Positions 37,785 through 46,101 of a DNA stretch of 53,865 bases are shown one piece after another (position 1 is the first letter of the stretch; the number at the start of each line of letters is the position of its first letter). A program made the translations under genes and the position numbers. The stretch is from Gemmatimonadaceae bacterium. GTDB taxonomy: Bacteria > Gemmatimonadota > Gemmatimonadetes > Gemmatimonadales > Gemmatimonadaceae. The stretch spans positions 1-53,865 of the forward strand of contig JBGTBX010000415.1 in NCBI GenBank assembly GCA_041749115.1, given 5' to 3'. Below the pieces are notes generated by a model. That model did not search any database. It had not been told where the DNA came from and saw only the letters and a program-made list of their open reading frames with translations.

Positions 37785-38167
37785 AGGAGTAGACTGGGGC
37801 CGTCGGCGCAGGAGCGCGAGGGGCTGTGGCCCTCAAGCAGCTCCTCGCTGATGCAGGGGTAACTCTTTCCGCGGTCGATCGTTACATTCATGTTGTCTGT
37901 CGTGCGCGCGGGGTGCTTCAATAGGAAGCCGCCCGGTTCGGGCCCGCGCCGGCCAGCCATACGCCATCGTCGTCTCCGCGCCAACCGCTGGGAGACGGTG
38001 TGCGTGTGACTGACCGTCGACAGACGAAGCAAGGGGAAGGTGCCGCGTTCGTGTGAGCGACGCGCACGCCCAACCGTCCAGAGAGCGTTAAGACGTGTGC
38101 CGCGTTCTCTCGGAAGGCGTTCATTCATTCGCGCGATCACGCGCACAGGCACAACACACAACTGAAC

Positions 38168-40078
38168 ATGCATGCTCGTAACACTCGGCCCGCCCCAACG
38201 CGCGCGCCGATCGCCCCCATTCACAGGGGGCCCCAGGCCCAAGGGCCAGGCACCTATGGTGCCCCGGTGCCCAACGCATCGAACGCCGCTCTCTTGATCG
38301 ACTTTGACAATGTCACCATGGGCATCCGCTCGGGGTTCGCAAATGAACTCCGCAGTCTGCTCGGGTCGGAGATCATCAAAGGAAAGGTGGCAGTCAAACG
38401 TGCCTACGCCGATTGGCGAAGGTACCCGCAGTACATCGTGCCGCTTGCCGAGTCGTCGATCGATATGATCATGGCGCCGGCCTACGGGTCGTCCAAGAAG
38501 AACGCCACGGATATTCGACTCGCTGTCGATGCCATGGAACTCGTCTTCACGCGCCCCGAAATCGGTACCTACATTCTGTTGTCCGGTGATTCCGACTTTG
38601 CATCGTTGGTCACCAAGATCAAGGAGTACGGCAAGTACGTCATCGGTATCGGCATCCGGGAGTCATCGAGCGACCTGCTCGTGATGAACTGTGACGAGTA
38701 CTACAGCTACAACGCGCTGGCCGGATTGGTTAAGTCGAGCGACGAAGAAGTGACCAAGTGGGATGCGTGGGAACTGGTGGTCGAAGCCATCACCCGCATG
38801 CAGAAGAATGGCGATGTAATGCGTTCGGACCGTCTCAAGCAGGTCATGCAGGACATCGATGCCACTTTCGACGAGAAAAACGTCGGGCATGGCTACTCCA
38901 AGTTTTCACGCTTCGTGTCGGATGCGGCAGATAAAGGTCTGCTGACAACCACTAAGCTGGAGAACGGTCAGCTGGAAGTGACGCCGGGAACAGGCCAGGC
39001 TGTGGTTGCCGCACAGGCTTCACTGGCAGCATCACCGCCGAGTGAAACGGAACAGCGCCGCGAAGAACGGAGTGGTCGCCGCCGACGTGGCGGGCGCGGT
39101 CGTGGTGGACGGGATGGTGAGCGAACGGCAAGTCCTGCTGCGGCCACACCGGCTGCTGCTGACAGCACGACGGCCAAACCAGCGGTTGCTGCCGCGACTG
39201 AACAAAAGGCAGCTCCGGCGGCTGAACAGAAAACAGCTGCTGCAGCACCTGCAGCGGCTGAACAGAAAGCAGCTCCTGCCACGGCGTCAACCACGTCGGC
39301 CAGGCCGGCTGCAGCGGCTCCCAGTACCGGCGCAACCGCTCGCGCGGCAACGCCGGCTGCGGCTGCGAAACCTGATACCATTGGGTTAAGTGGCGAGCGA
39401 CTGTCGCGCGCAGAAGCATTCGATCTCGTGCGCAAGGCCGTCGAGGCAACGACGAAGGATGTCGATGATTCGGCGTTGTCATATGTGGTTCGCCACAAGG
39501 CACACGAGTTGCTGGGTCGGGACAGTGAATCACTGAGTGAACGTAACTTTCACCGGATACTTCGGGACGCACACGATGTCGAAACGATTGACCTGCGGCG
39601 TCGAGGTGATGACTACGAAGTGTCGCGTCCAGCCAAGGCTCCGAGCGTCGCTGAACAGGTAAGCAAAGCCGAGGCTGCGGCAACACCCGCACCGAAGGTG
39701 AGTGCACCAGGACCGAGAGGCATGGGTCCACGCGGTATTCCGGGTCGCGGCCGTGGTCGCGCCAGTGAAATGCCACCAGAATTGCTGATGGTGGGTGTGG
39801 TGGGTCCGTCGAGTGGTGCAGTAGCGAAGGCCGTGCCGGCCAGTGACAACGGCGCTGAGGCGGAGGTCGCAAAAGCCGACGTCGCAAAGGCCGATGCCGC
39901 AAAAGCCGAGGCCGCTCCGGTGAAAAAGAAGCCAACGCGCACACCGCGAAAGCGTGCTGCGAAGAAAGCGACGGCCAAGGCAACTGTCGCGCCTGACGAT
40001 GCCGAAGTTGCGGATAAAAAGCCGAAGGCGAAAACTGCACGGAAGCGTGCTGCCAAAAAGAAGACGGCGGCCGTTTGA
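38168..40078 (+). CDS. NYN-domain (LabA/PIN-like) protein with two OST-HTH/LOTUS domains and a Lys/Ala-rich histone-H1-like C-terminal tail
   Basis: NAALLIDFDNV...KRAYADW...TDIRLAVDAMEL...ILLSGDSDFASLV is the NYN nuclease-fold signature. ...WELVVEAITRMQKNGDVMRSDRLKQVM is a LOTUS-like helix-turn-helix. A long Ala/Pro/Glu/Lys low-complexity linker carries AEQKAAPA repeats. A second LOTUS-like region (AEAFDLVRKAVEATTKDVDDSALSYVV) follows. C-terminal tail PVKKKPTRTPRKRAAKKATAKA...KPKAKTARKRAAKKKTAAV. Confidence 0.65.
   Translation: MHARNTRPAPTRAPIAPIHRGPQAQGPGTYGAPVPNASNAALLIDFDNVTMGIRSGFANELRSLLGSEIIKGKVAVKRAYADWRRYPQYIVPLAESSIDMIMAPAYGSSKKNATDIRLAVDAMELVFTRPEIGTYILLSGDSDFASLVTKIKEYGKYVIGIGIRESSSDLLVMNCDEYYSYNALAGLVKSSDEEVTKWDAWELVVEAITRMQKNGDVMRSDRLKQVMQDIDATFDEKNVGHGYSKFSRFVSDAADKGLLTTTKLENGQLEVTPGTGQAVVAAQASLAASPPSETEQRREERSGRRRRGGRGRGGRDGERTASPAAATPAAADSTTAKPAVAAATEQKAAPAAEQKTAAAAPAAAEQKAAPATASTTSARPAAAAPSTGATARAATPAAAAKPDTIGLSGERLSRAEAFDLVRKAVEATTKDVDDSALSYVVRHKAHELLGRDSESLSERNFHRILRDAHDVETIDLRRRGDDYEVSRPAKAPSVAEQVSKAEAAATPAPKVSAPGPRGMGPRGIPGRGRGRASEMPPELLMVGVVGPSSGAVAKAVPASDNGAEAEVAKADVAKADAAKAEAAPVKKKPTRTPRKRAAKKATAKATVAPDDAEVADKKPKAKTARKRAAKKKTAAV
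39197..39281 (+). repeat. Imperfect in-frame tandem repeats (about 27-36 nt) encoding AEQKAAPA units within the NYN/LOTUS gene linker
   Basis: gctgaacaaaaggcagctccggcg / gctgaacagaaaacagctgctgcagcacctgcagcg / gctgaacagaaagcagctcctgcc. Confidence 0.5.
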
Positions 40079-40083
40079 TCTGA

Positions 40084-40692
40084 GTGATTGACGCCGTGCC
40101 CCCTCAACGGGCACGGCGTTTTTCTTTCGGACGTCCGTTGCCGACGTCCTTCTACGATCGCGCCACCGAGTTGGTGGCGCGCGATCTGCTTGGTGCCGTA
40201 CTCGACCATCGGTCTCCCCAAGGACGTACTGTCGGGAGAATCGTCGAGGTGGAGGCGTACCTTGGCCCCCATGACCCCGCCTGCCACAGCGCCGTGGGGC
40301 GCACTAAAAGAAATGATGCACTGCACGGGTCGCCGGGCACCGCATACGTGTACTTCATCTATGGCGTGCACTGGTGTGTGAACGCAGTGACTCGCGAAGC
40401 GGGCCACGGGAGCGCCGTGCTCATTCGTGCTGTTGAACCGTTGGTCGGCGTGGACCTGATGCGTCGTCGACGCGGCACCGTTGGGGAGCGCCTGTTGGCC
40501 AACGGCCCCGGTAAGCTATGTCAGGCCTTTGGTATCAACGGCGCAGCTGACGGCATTTCGCTGCAGCGGGGACCGCTCCGGATATTCGAGGGGCAGCGCG
40601 TTTCCGACGATATGGTCGCGATTGGCCCAAGAATTGGGATAAGCAAGGCTGTGGACTGGCCGCTCCGTTTTGTGGTCAGAGCGAGGGAATAG
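40084..40692 (+). CDS. mpg: DNA-3-methyladenine glycosylase (Mpg/AAG family)
   Basis: FYDRATELVARDLLGAVL...EVEAYLGPHDPACHSAVGRTKRNDALHGSPGTAYVYFIYGVHWCVNAV...GPGKLCQAFGI are MPG-family signatures. Starts 6 nt after the NYN gene stop. Confidence 0.85.
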   Translation: MIDAVPPQRARRFSFGRPLPTSFYDRATELVARDLLGAVLDHRSPQGRTVGRIVEVEAYLGPHDPACHSAVGRTKRNDALHGSPGTAYVYFIYGVHWCVNAVTREAGHGSAVLIRAVEPLVGVDLMRRRRGTVGERLLANGPGKLCQAFGINGAADGISLQRGPLRIFEGQRVSDDMVAIGPRIGISKAVDWPLRFVVRARE

Positions 40693-40748
40693 CTGTCGCC
40701 TTCGCTCCAAGCACTCGTCGTGTCCCAGCGAATGCAGGAAAACGAAAA

Positions 40749-40772
40749 GGGCCGTGTCCAGAGACACGGCCC
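40749..40772. terminator. Bidirectional hairpin between convergent mpg and porin genes
   Basis: GGGCCGTGTC-caga-GACACGGCCC, a perfect 10-bp GC-rich stem flanked by aaaag / tctt. Confidence 0.55.
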
Positions 40773-40798
40773 TCTTAATCACTACCGCTGGGGAGCGG

Positions 40799-41464
40799 TT
40801 ACGGCCAGATGTTTTCGATTGCGTTGACCAGATTGTAGCGCAGGCCACCCTCGAACGCGTAGGTGTAGTTCGAACCGTTAATCAGGAACCGTTCGCGGGT
40901 CGACATGGCCGACGCCTGACCGAATACAGCGACCCGACCAAGGTTGATCTGCAGGCCACCGGTAAAGATGGCTGCGGCACGTGACGACTGATCGTTCACT
41001 CGTGTGAACACATCGTCCTGCGACTCCGTGCTCACGAAGTTGCCGACCGGGGAAGCGTTCTGGATAACATTCAACGCGATACCGGCGCCGACGTACGGGC
41101 GAATCTGATCAAAGGCGATCGGGAAGGCCAACAGCGTGGCGCTGTATCGGCGCATGTCCTTGATGTTGACGGGGCGAACCGACCCGGCAAGCGAAGGATC
41201 ATAGATGCCGGCGCTTTCTTCGAACATCGACTGATCGACGGCGATGGACAGTGCGCCGTGTTTTCTGGTGATGAGCCACTCGCCACCAACCGTGGGGGCC
41301 GAGACGCGGCTCAGACCACCGGTGTTGAACGACGTGACACCTCCGCGCACTCCCCAATACCAGGAGTTCTCGAAGTCGGTACGTGGGCCGGATCCCTGAG
41401 CGCTAAGCAGCGCGGGAACTGCGGCCGCAAAAGCGGCAAGACCAAACAGGCGAACCATTCGCAT
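40799..41464 (-). CDS. Outer-membrane beta-barrel protein (OmpW/OmpA-like small porin family)
   Basis: Signal peptide MRMVRLFGLAAFAAAVPALLSAQ. Alternating hydrophobic pattern ending ...AIENIWP. 221 aa. Confidence 0.6.
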   Translation of the reverse strand: MRMVRLFGLAAFAAAVPALLSAQGSGPRTDFENSWYWGVRGGVTSFNTGGLSRVSAPTVGGEWLITRKHGALSIAVDQSMFEESAGIYDPSLAGSVRPVNIKDMRRYSATLLAFPIAFDQIRPYVGAGIALNVIQNASPVGNFVSTESQDDVFTRVNDQSSRAAAIFTGGLQINLGRVAVFGQASAMSTRERFLINGSNYTYAFEGGLRYNLVNAIENIWP

Positions 41465-41737
41465 ACGCGAGACCTCGGGAAAACGCGCGGTGAGGAAGAA
41501 CCCTTGGGTGGGAAAGGACCGGCCCGCACGGGGGTGCGAAACGGTCCTCGATCTCAGGGAATGGACGAGGGGATCAGCGGGAGAGTCACGGGTTGGCGCA
41601 AAGGTGTTCGCCCTGTGAGATGGGTCACACGATCGTCCCCTGAAATTCGGGCTCGTGGTGGGAAAACTGCCATCGCCGCACGTGGCATCGGTCCCGAATC
41701 GCCCGGGTTGGCCCGATTCGGCGATGGCGCCCGGGAA

Positions 41738-43339
41738 CTATGTCGCCTTCTTGCCGTCGGGGGGTGGTCCGCCGGGTAGTGACGGCTCTTCCTTGGACAT
41801 TGATCCCATATAACCGGGCAGTTCTACTCCTGCGATGTCACGCAGGACCTGCATCATTGGCGGCATCGTGCGGGCCATGTTCTGCAGAAATCCTGCGGCG
41901 CCACCGTCGGCTTTGCCACTGTCCCACACCACAACTTTATCAAATTTGATATTCGAGATGGCCTTTGCCGACGTCTCAGCCAACGTATCAAGGTGGTCAA
42001 CCATCATGAGTTGGAACGCTTCCTTGGCGCCACCGGCAGCTGCGACGAGCTCCTTCATCGCATCGGCACGCTTGGACATGATCTCATACTGCCCGCGCGC
42101 CTCGGCCTCCAGCTTAAGAAAGATGGCCTGCGCCTCGGCCTGCGCCTGAATCAACTGACTCTCTGCTGACGCCTGCGCTTCAACAATAGTGCGCGCCTTC
42201 TCGGCGCGGGCCGGGGCTTCGAGCTCCGCACGCCGCTCCGCTTCAACACGTTCGAGCAGCGCCATTGCTGCCCGCGCCATCGCCCGATTCTGTGATTCCT
42301 GTACCGAGGCTTCGGCCTCTCGTTTACTTGTTTCGGAAAGCTGATATGCTTCGGATTCGCGCACCTGCAGTGTGGCGCGACTGGCGGCGACGAGCGCCAT
42401 GGATGCCGCCTCGCCCTCGATCGCCTTGGCCTCGTTGTCTGCGATGCTGACGCGCCGCACACGATCGGCGTCCTTGATTGCCGCGTCGCGTTCAAAGGCT
42501 GCTGTTTGTTCACCAACGGTTTGCTCGCGCTCGACTTCGGCAACGCGCACCAGCGTGTCACGCTCGGCTTCGCGCATGCCGATTTCCTTGATCTTGGTCG
42601 CATTGGCGACGAGCACCGCGCGATCACGCTCTGCGTCAGCGACGCGTACTTCACCCAGCTTCTCCTGATCAGCGACATCACCACGTGCCTGTTGCACCGC
42701 CATGGCGGCGGCCTTTTTCCCAATGGCTTCGATATATCCCGAATCGTCCTTGAGGTCGGTGATATTTACGTTAATCAGCACAAGTCCGATCTTGCGGAGT
42801 TCCGGTTCCAGCGACGTCTGAATGCGGTGGAGAAAACCCTCGCGGTCGCGATTGATTTCTTCGATGCTCATCGACGCGATCACCTGTCGCAGCTGACCGA
42901 AGATGATGTCCTGTGCTTGTCTCTTAATGAGCTCGTGATTGAGACCGAGCAACCGGATCGCTGCATTCTGCCGTACCACCTCTTCGGTGCCGATGGCGAC
43001 AGTGAATACACTCGGCACCGCGACGCGGATGTTCTCGAGTGAGAGGGCATCCTTGAGCGGAATGTCGATCTGAATCGGTTCCAGCGACAGATATGCGAAT
43101 TCCTGGATCACCGGCCACACGAAAGTGCCGCCACCCGAAATGCAGCGGGCCGCGCCCTCGCCGCCTACCCGACCGGAGATCACAAGCACCCGATTGGCTG
43201 GACAACGCTTGTATCGTGTGACGAACAGCGCTGCCATGCTCGCGAGAATCAGCAGTCCCAGCCCCGACGCGACAATGGTGATCGGGAAATTGCTTAGCAG
43301 ATCACCAACAGGAGCAGCTTGAAGAAACATACTAGGCAT
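41738..43339 (-). CDS. Flotillin / SPFH (band 7) domain protein
   Basis: N-terminal TM, SPFH domain, and a long Ala/Glu-rich coiled-coil (EAERRAELEAPARAEKARTIVEAQ). The likely start is the internal MPSMFLQ, which avoids a 113-bp overlap with nfeD. Confidence 0.8.
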   Translation of the reverse strand: MPSMFLQAAPVGDLLSNFPITIVASGLGLLILASMAALFVTRYKRCPANRVLVISGRVGGEGAARCISGGGTFVWPVIQEFAYLSLEPIQIDIPLKDALSLENIRVAVPSVFTVAIGTEEVVRQNAAIRLLGLNHELIKRQAQDIIFGQLRQVIASMSIEEINRDREGFLHRIQTSLEPELRKIGLVLINVNITDLKDDSGYIEAIGKKAAAMAVQQARGDVADQEKLGEVRVADAERDRAVLVANATKIKEIGMREAERDTLVRVAEVEREQTVGEQTAAFERDAAIKDADRVRRVSIADNEAKAIEGEAASMALVAASRATLQVRESEAYQLSETSKREAEASVQESQNRAMARAAMALLERVEAERRAELEAPARAEKARTIVEAQASAESQLIQAQAEAQAIFLKLEAEARGQYEIMSKRADAMKELVAAAGGAKEAFQLMMVDHLDTLAETSAKAISNIKFDKVVVWDSGKADGGAAGFLQNMARTMPPMMQVLRDIAGVELPGYMGSMSKEEPSLPGGPPPDGKKAT

Positions 43340-43895
43340 TCTCCTCTCCGTCGTCGAGAAGTCGGGGTTGTGGAACAACAATAACCGTGGATGGCGGAAC
43401 AGCGTCGATGACCAGAACGCGCGTTCCCGTCGCCAGTTCATCACCCGGTGTCATCGCATCGATTTCAGTAAAGCGTTGCTTCGCTGTTATATGAACCTTG
43501 CCAAGGCCGCCACGCGCGGCTGGAATGCTGAGGTACACGTCACCGGTCTGTCCGATGGCATCCTCGAGTCGGAGCGTACGATCACTTTCGAGCCGTCGCA
43601 TCGCCCGCATAATGAACGAAACGCCAGTCGCCGCGGCAGCGCCGGAAACGATACCGATTGCCGCGGCGAGGACTCCAGGCAGGCCCACACGCATTCCCGC
43701 GATGCCGCCGAGGCCGAAGAACGCGACGCCAGCAGACATGGTACGAACACTCAGAAACTGCAGTCCTTCGCTAAGCTGCGTGCCATGCAGTTCACTATCC
43801 AGCCCGTCCTGATCGAGACCGAGGAGGGACGCGCCGAGCTGCAGCAGCGCGATGCCGCCGCCAAGAAGCAAACAGGTCCAGAAGAACGCTGACAT
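43332..43895 (-). CDS. NfeD-like membrane protein (flotillin-associated, YqiJ-like)
   Basis: TM helices (FFWTCLLLGGGIALLQLGASLLGL; VAFFGLGGIAGMRVGLPGVLAAAIGIVSGAAAATGVSFIM), then a C-terminal OB-fold-like segment (GDVYLSIPAARGGLGKVHITAKQRFTEIDAM...GTRVLVIDAV). Lies directly upstream of flotillin. Confidence 0.65.
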   Translation of the reverse strand: MSAFFWTCLLLGGGIALLQLGASLLGLDQDGLDSELHGTQLSEGLQFLSVRTMSAGVAFFGLGGIAGMRVGLPGVLAAAIGIVSGAAAATGVSFIMRAMRRLESDRTLRLEDAIGQTGDVYLSIPAARGGLGKVHITAKQRFTEIDAMTPGDELATGTRVLVIDAVPPSTVIVVPQPRLLDDGEENA

Positions 43896-44191
43896 CGGAA
43901 GTAAGTGTTTCCTGCGGTTTTCCGCCCATATTCGTGAGCAGTCCGAACGGTGAGCCCACAAAGCGGTAGTGTCGGGCGGGCGAGGTCAAGGTGCACTACG
44001 GACGAGCAGGCATCGCCGTTTCGGGCCTGGACGGGCCTTGCATGTCGTCAGGGGGCCCGCTGGACGAGGGATCGTCCTGTCAGCTGATAGGACGGTCTCG
44101 TCACAGCCCGCACGCCACGTGTTGAATGCCGTGGTACGATAAGAAGTTGTCGCTGCACCACATGCCCCTCGCTCAAACTTTCAGGTTCTCC

Positions 44192-45385
44192 ATGATGAAT
44201 CGACCATTCTTTTTTCTGCTTGCTGCGTGTGCCGACAGCGGTCCCACGGAGCAGTATGGTTTCGTTACTCTGCTGGGCAGGGACACGGTCTCCGTCGAAC
44301 GGGTGTCACGGTCACCCGGTCGTATGGTCAGCGACATTGTCGACCGATTCCCGTTTGTAAGGCAGCGGCACAGTGAATTCGAGCTGACTGCGGATGGCAG
44401 GATCAAAAGAATGGTCATGGATGTGCGCACGCCGAGCGGCGCCACGCCGGCGGCACGGGGGCGTCGCGTCATCGCCGATGTTTCCGACGACGGTGTGCGC
44501 ATTTCTGTGCGGGACAGCGCCGGCGTGCGTGACACTGCGTTCACGGCGACGAACGCGATTATCGTCCCCCACGTATCGATGATGTACAGTGTTATAGAGT
44601 TGGAGGTAGCTGCGGCCTTGAGGCGAGCGGCCGCGCAGGGACTCAAGGCGGGGGAAGGGGTGCAGTTCCGGCAGTTTTATCCCGACCGGGATGTGGGGCC
44701 GAGCTTCACCTTGCATCAGGGCGTGGTAAAGCCGCTCGATAACACGCGGGTGGAACTTCGCCACGATTGGTTGGCGGGGGCCGGCGACATCACCGTTGAC
44801 AGTGCCGGCAGAATGCTCACCTATGCGGGAGCACGCAGCACGTATCTGGTTGTGGTAACCCGTACAGCTGAACTCCCGGACGTGGAAGCGATTGGGGCGC
44901 AGTTCGCGCAGGCCGAACAGCGGGCAGGTGCGAATCAACTGAGCGTGCGGGATACGGCCAGAGCCAGTATCGGTATCGCAACATTGTCTGTGGACTACAG
45001 TCGGCCGCTCGCGCGCGGACGTGCGCTCCTCGGCGCGGTCATACCGTTCAATTCTGTATGGCGCACGGGGGCAAACGCAGCGACACATTTCACTACATCT
45101 GCACCGATCACCGTGGCCGGATTAAAACTCGCAGCTGGTACCTACACACTCTGGACGATCCCGCGACCGGACGGTGTGGACCTCGTGGTGAACACTCAGA
45201 CCGGCCAGTGGGGAACTGGGTATAACCAGACACGCGACCTCGGACGCGCCCCGCTTCAAACACAGGTCCTGACGGATACAGTCGAGAAATTCACAGTCGA
45301 TATCACTTCCCGCGATTCCAAACGCGGTGAGCTGTCCCTGTCATGGGGCACCTTCCGCTGGACGGCGCCGATCCAGGTGCAGTAG
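44192..45385 (+). CDS. Lipoprotein with C-terminal DUF2911 domain
   Basis: Lipobox MMNRPFFFLLAAC|ADSG. C-terminal WRTGANAATHFTTSAPITVAGLKLAAGTYTLWTIP...LSWGTFRWTAPIQV matches the DUF2911 family pattern. Confidence 0.55.
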   Translation: MMNRPFFFLLAACADSGPTEQYGFVTLLGRDTVSVERVSRSPGRMVSDIVDRFPFVRQRHSEFELTADGRIKRMVMDVRTPSGATPAARGRRVIADVSDDGVRISVRDSAGVRDTAFTATNAIIVPHVSMMYSVIELEVAAALRRAAAQGLKAGEGVQFRQFYPDRDVGPSFTLHQGVVKPLDNTRVELRHDWLAGAGDITVDSAGRMLTYAGARSTYLVVVTRTAELPDVEAIGAQFAQAEQRAGANQLSVRDTARASIGIATLSVDYSRPLARGRALLGAVIPFNSVWRTGANAATHFTTSAPITVAGLKLAAGTYTLWTIPRPDGVDLVVNTQTGQWGTGYNQTRDLGRAPLQTQVLTDTVEKFTVDITSRDSKRGELSLSWGTFRWTAPIQVQ

Positions 45386-45482
45386 CCCGGGCGAACCGCT
45401 CGGATTACCATGACGAGCACGGGGCCAGTTGTCGCGAAGCGACCGGCAATCGCAGCACTGCTCCCATTGGCCGAGGAATATC

Positions 45483-45875
45483 ATGACGACTGTATCAGAG
45501 CAGAACCGTCAGAACGCGATGGCATTTTACGAAATGATGTTCAACGAATGTAAGCCGGGAGAAGCGCTTGAACGTTATGTCGGCGGGCAGTACACGCAGC
45601 ACAATCCGCACGTGGGAGACGGAAAGGAATTGTTCGTGGAATACTTCGAACGTATGGCACGCGAGTATCCGGGCAAAAAGGTGTACTTCAAACGCACTGT
45701 TGCCGCAGGGGACCTGGTTGTGTTGCACTGCCATCAGGTGTGGCCGACGGACGCGAACGAGGACTGGGCCGGCATCGACATCTTTCGCTTTGACAACGCG
45801 GGCAAAATCGTCGAACATTGGGACGTTCTTCAGGTTGTCCCGGCTCAAGCTAAGCACACTAACGGAATGTTCTGA
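45483..45875 (+). CDS. SnoaL-like / NTF2-fold protein
   Basis: [49 protein letters not shown]...IVEHWDVLQ is the typical SnoaL-like pattern. SD GAGGAA upstream. Confidence 0.6.
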   Translation: MTTVSEQNRQNAMAFYEMMFNECKPGEALERYVGGQYTQHNPHVGDGKELFVEYFERMAREYPGKKVYFKRTVAAGDLVVLHCHQVWPTDANEDWAGIDIFRFDNAGKIVEHWDVLQVVPAQAKHTNGMF

Positions 45876-46101
45876 CGTCGCCAGCGGCACGGCCAGCGGG
45901 GAACGTCGTGACGGTGTGCCGACGTGTGTCGGCCGCCACTCGTTAGGTCGGGAGATAAAGAATCACCACATGGGCGATCAGAGACCGTGATGGCGCCCGG
46001 AATAGCCAGTGCTCGCGTACGGCTTCTACACAATCTCCGCTCTGCGTTGCAGATTAAGTGAGATCAACCGCGCTCGCTCTCCACTTCGACCGCCTCACGC
46101 C

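Noticed and set aside
38020-38060. Candidate sigma-54 promoter (GGCAC...TTGC) upstream of the kinase operon
   Set aside because: Spacing between the GG and GC elements is 12 nt rather than the required 10. Not reported as a feature.
39080-39400. Repetitive nucleotide tract considered as a possible CRISPR array or mobile-element repeat
   Set aside because: The repeats are in-frame coding (AEQKAAPA linker of the NYN/LOTUS protein), irregular in length, and lack spacer/repeat architecture.
38952-40407. 362-aa, 264-aa and 194-aa minus-strand ORFs
   Set aside because: Antisense to the NYN/LOTUS gene. Low-complexity Pro/Arg/Ala products mirror the sense-strand Ala/Lys-rich region.
41738-43444. 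113-bp overlap between the flotillin and nfeD ORFs as drawn in the ORF track
   Set aside because: Resolved by using the internal flotillin start MPSMFLQ (about 43339), which has an SD and removes the overlap.
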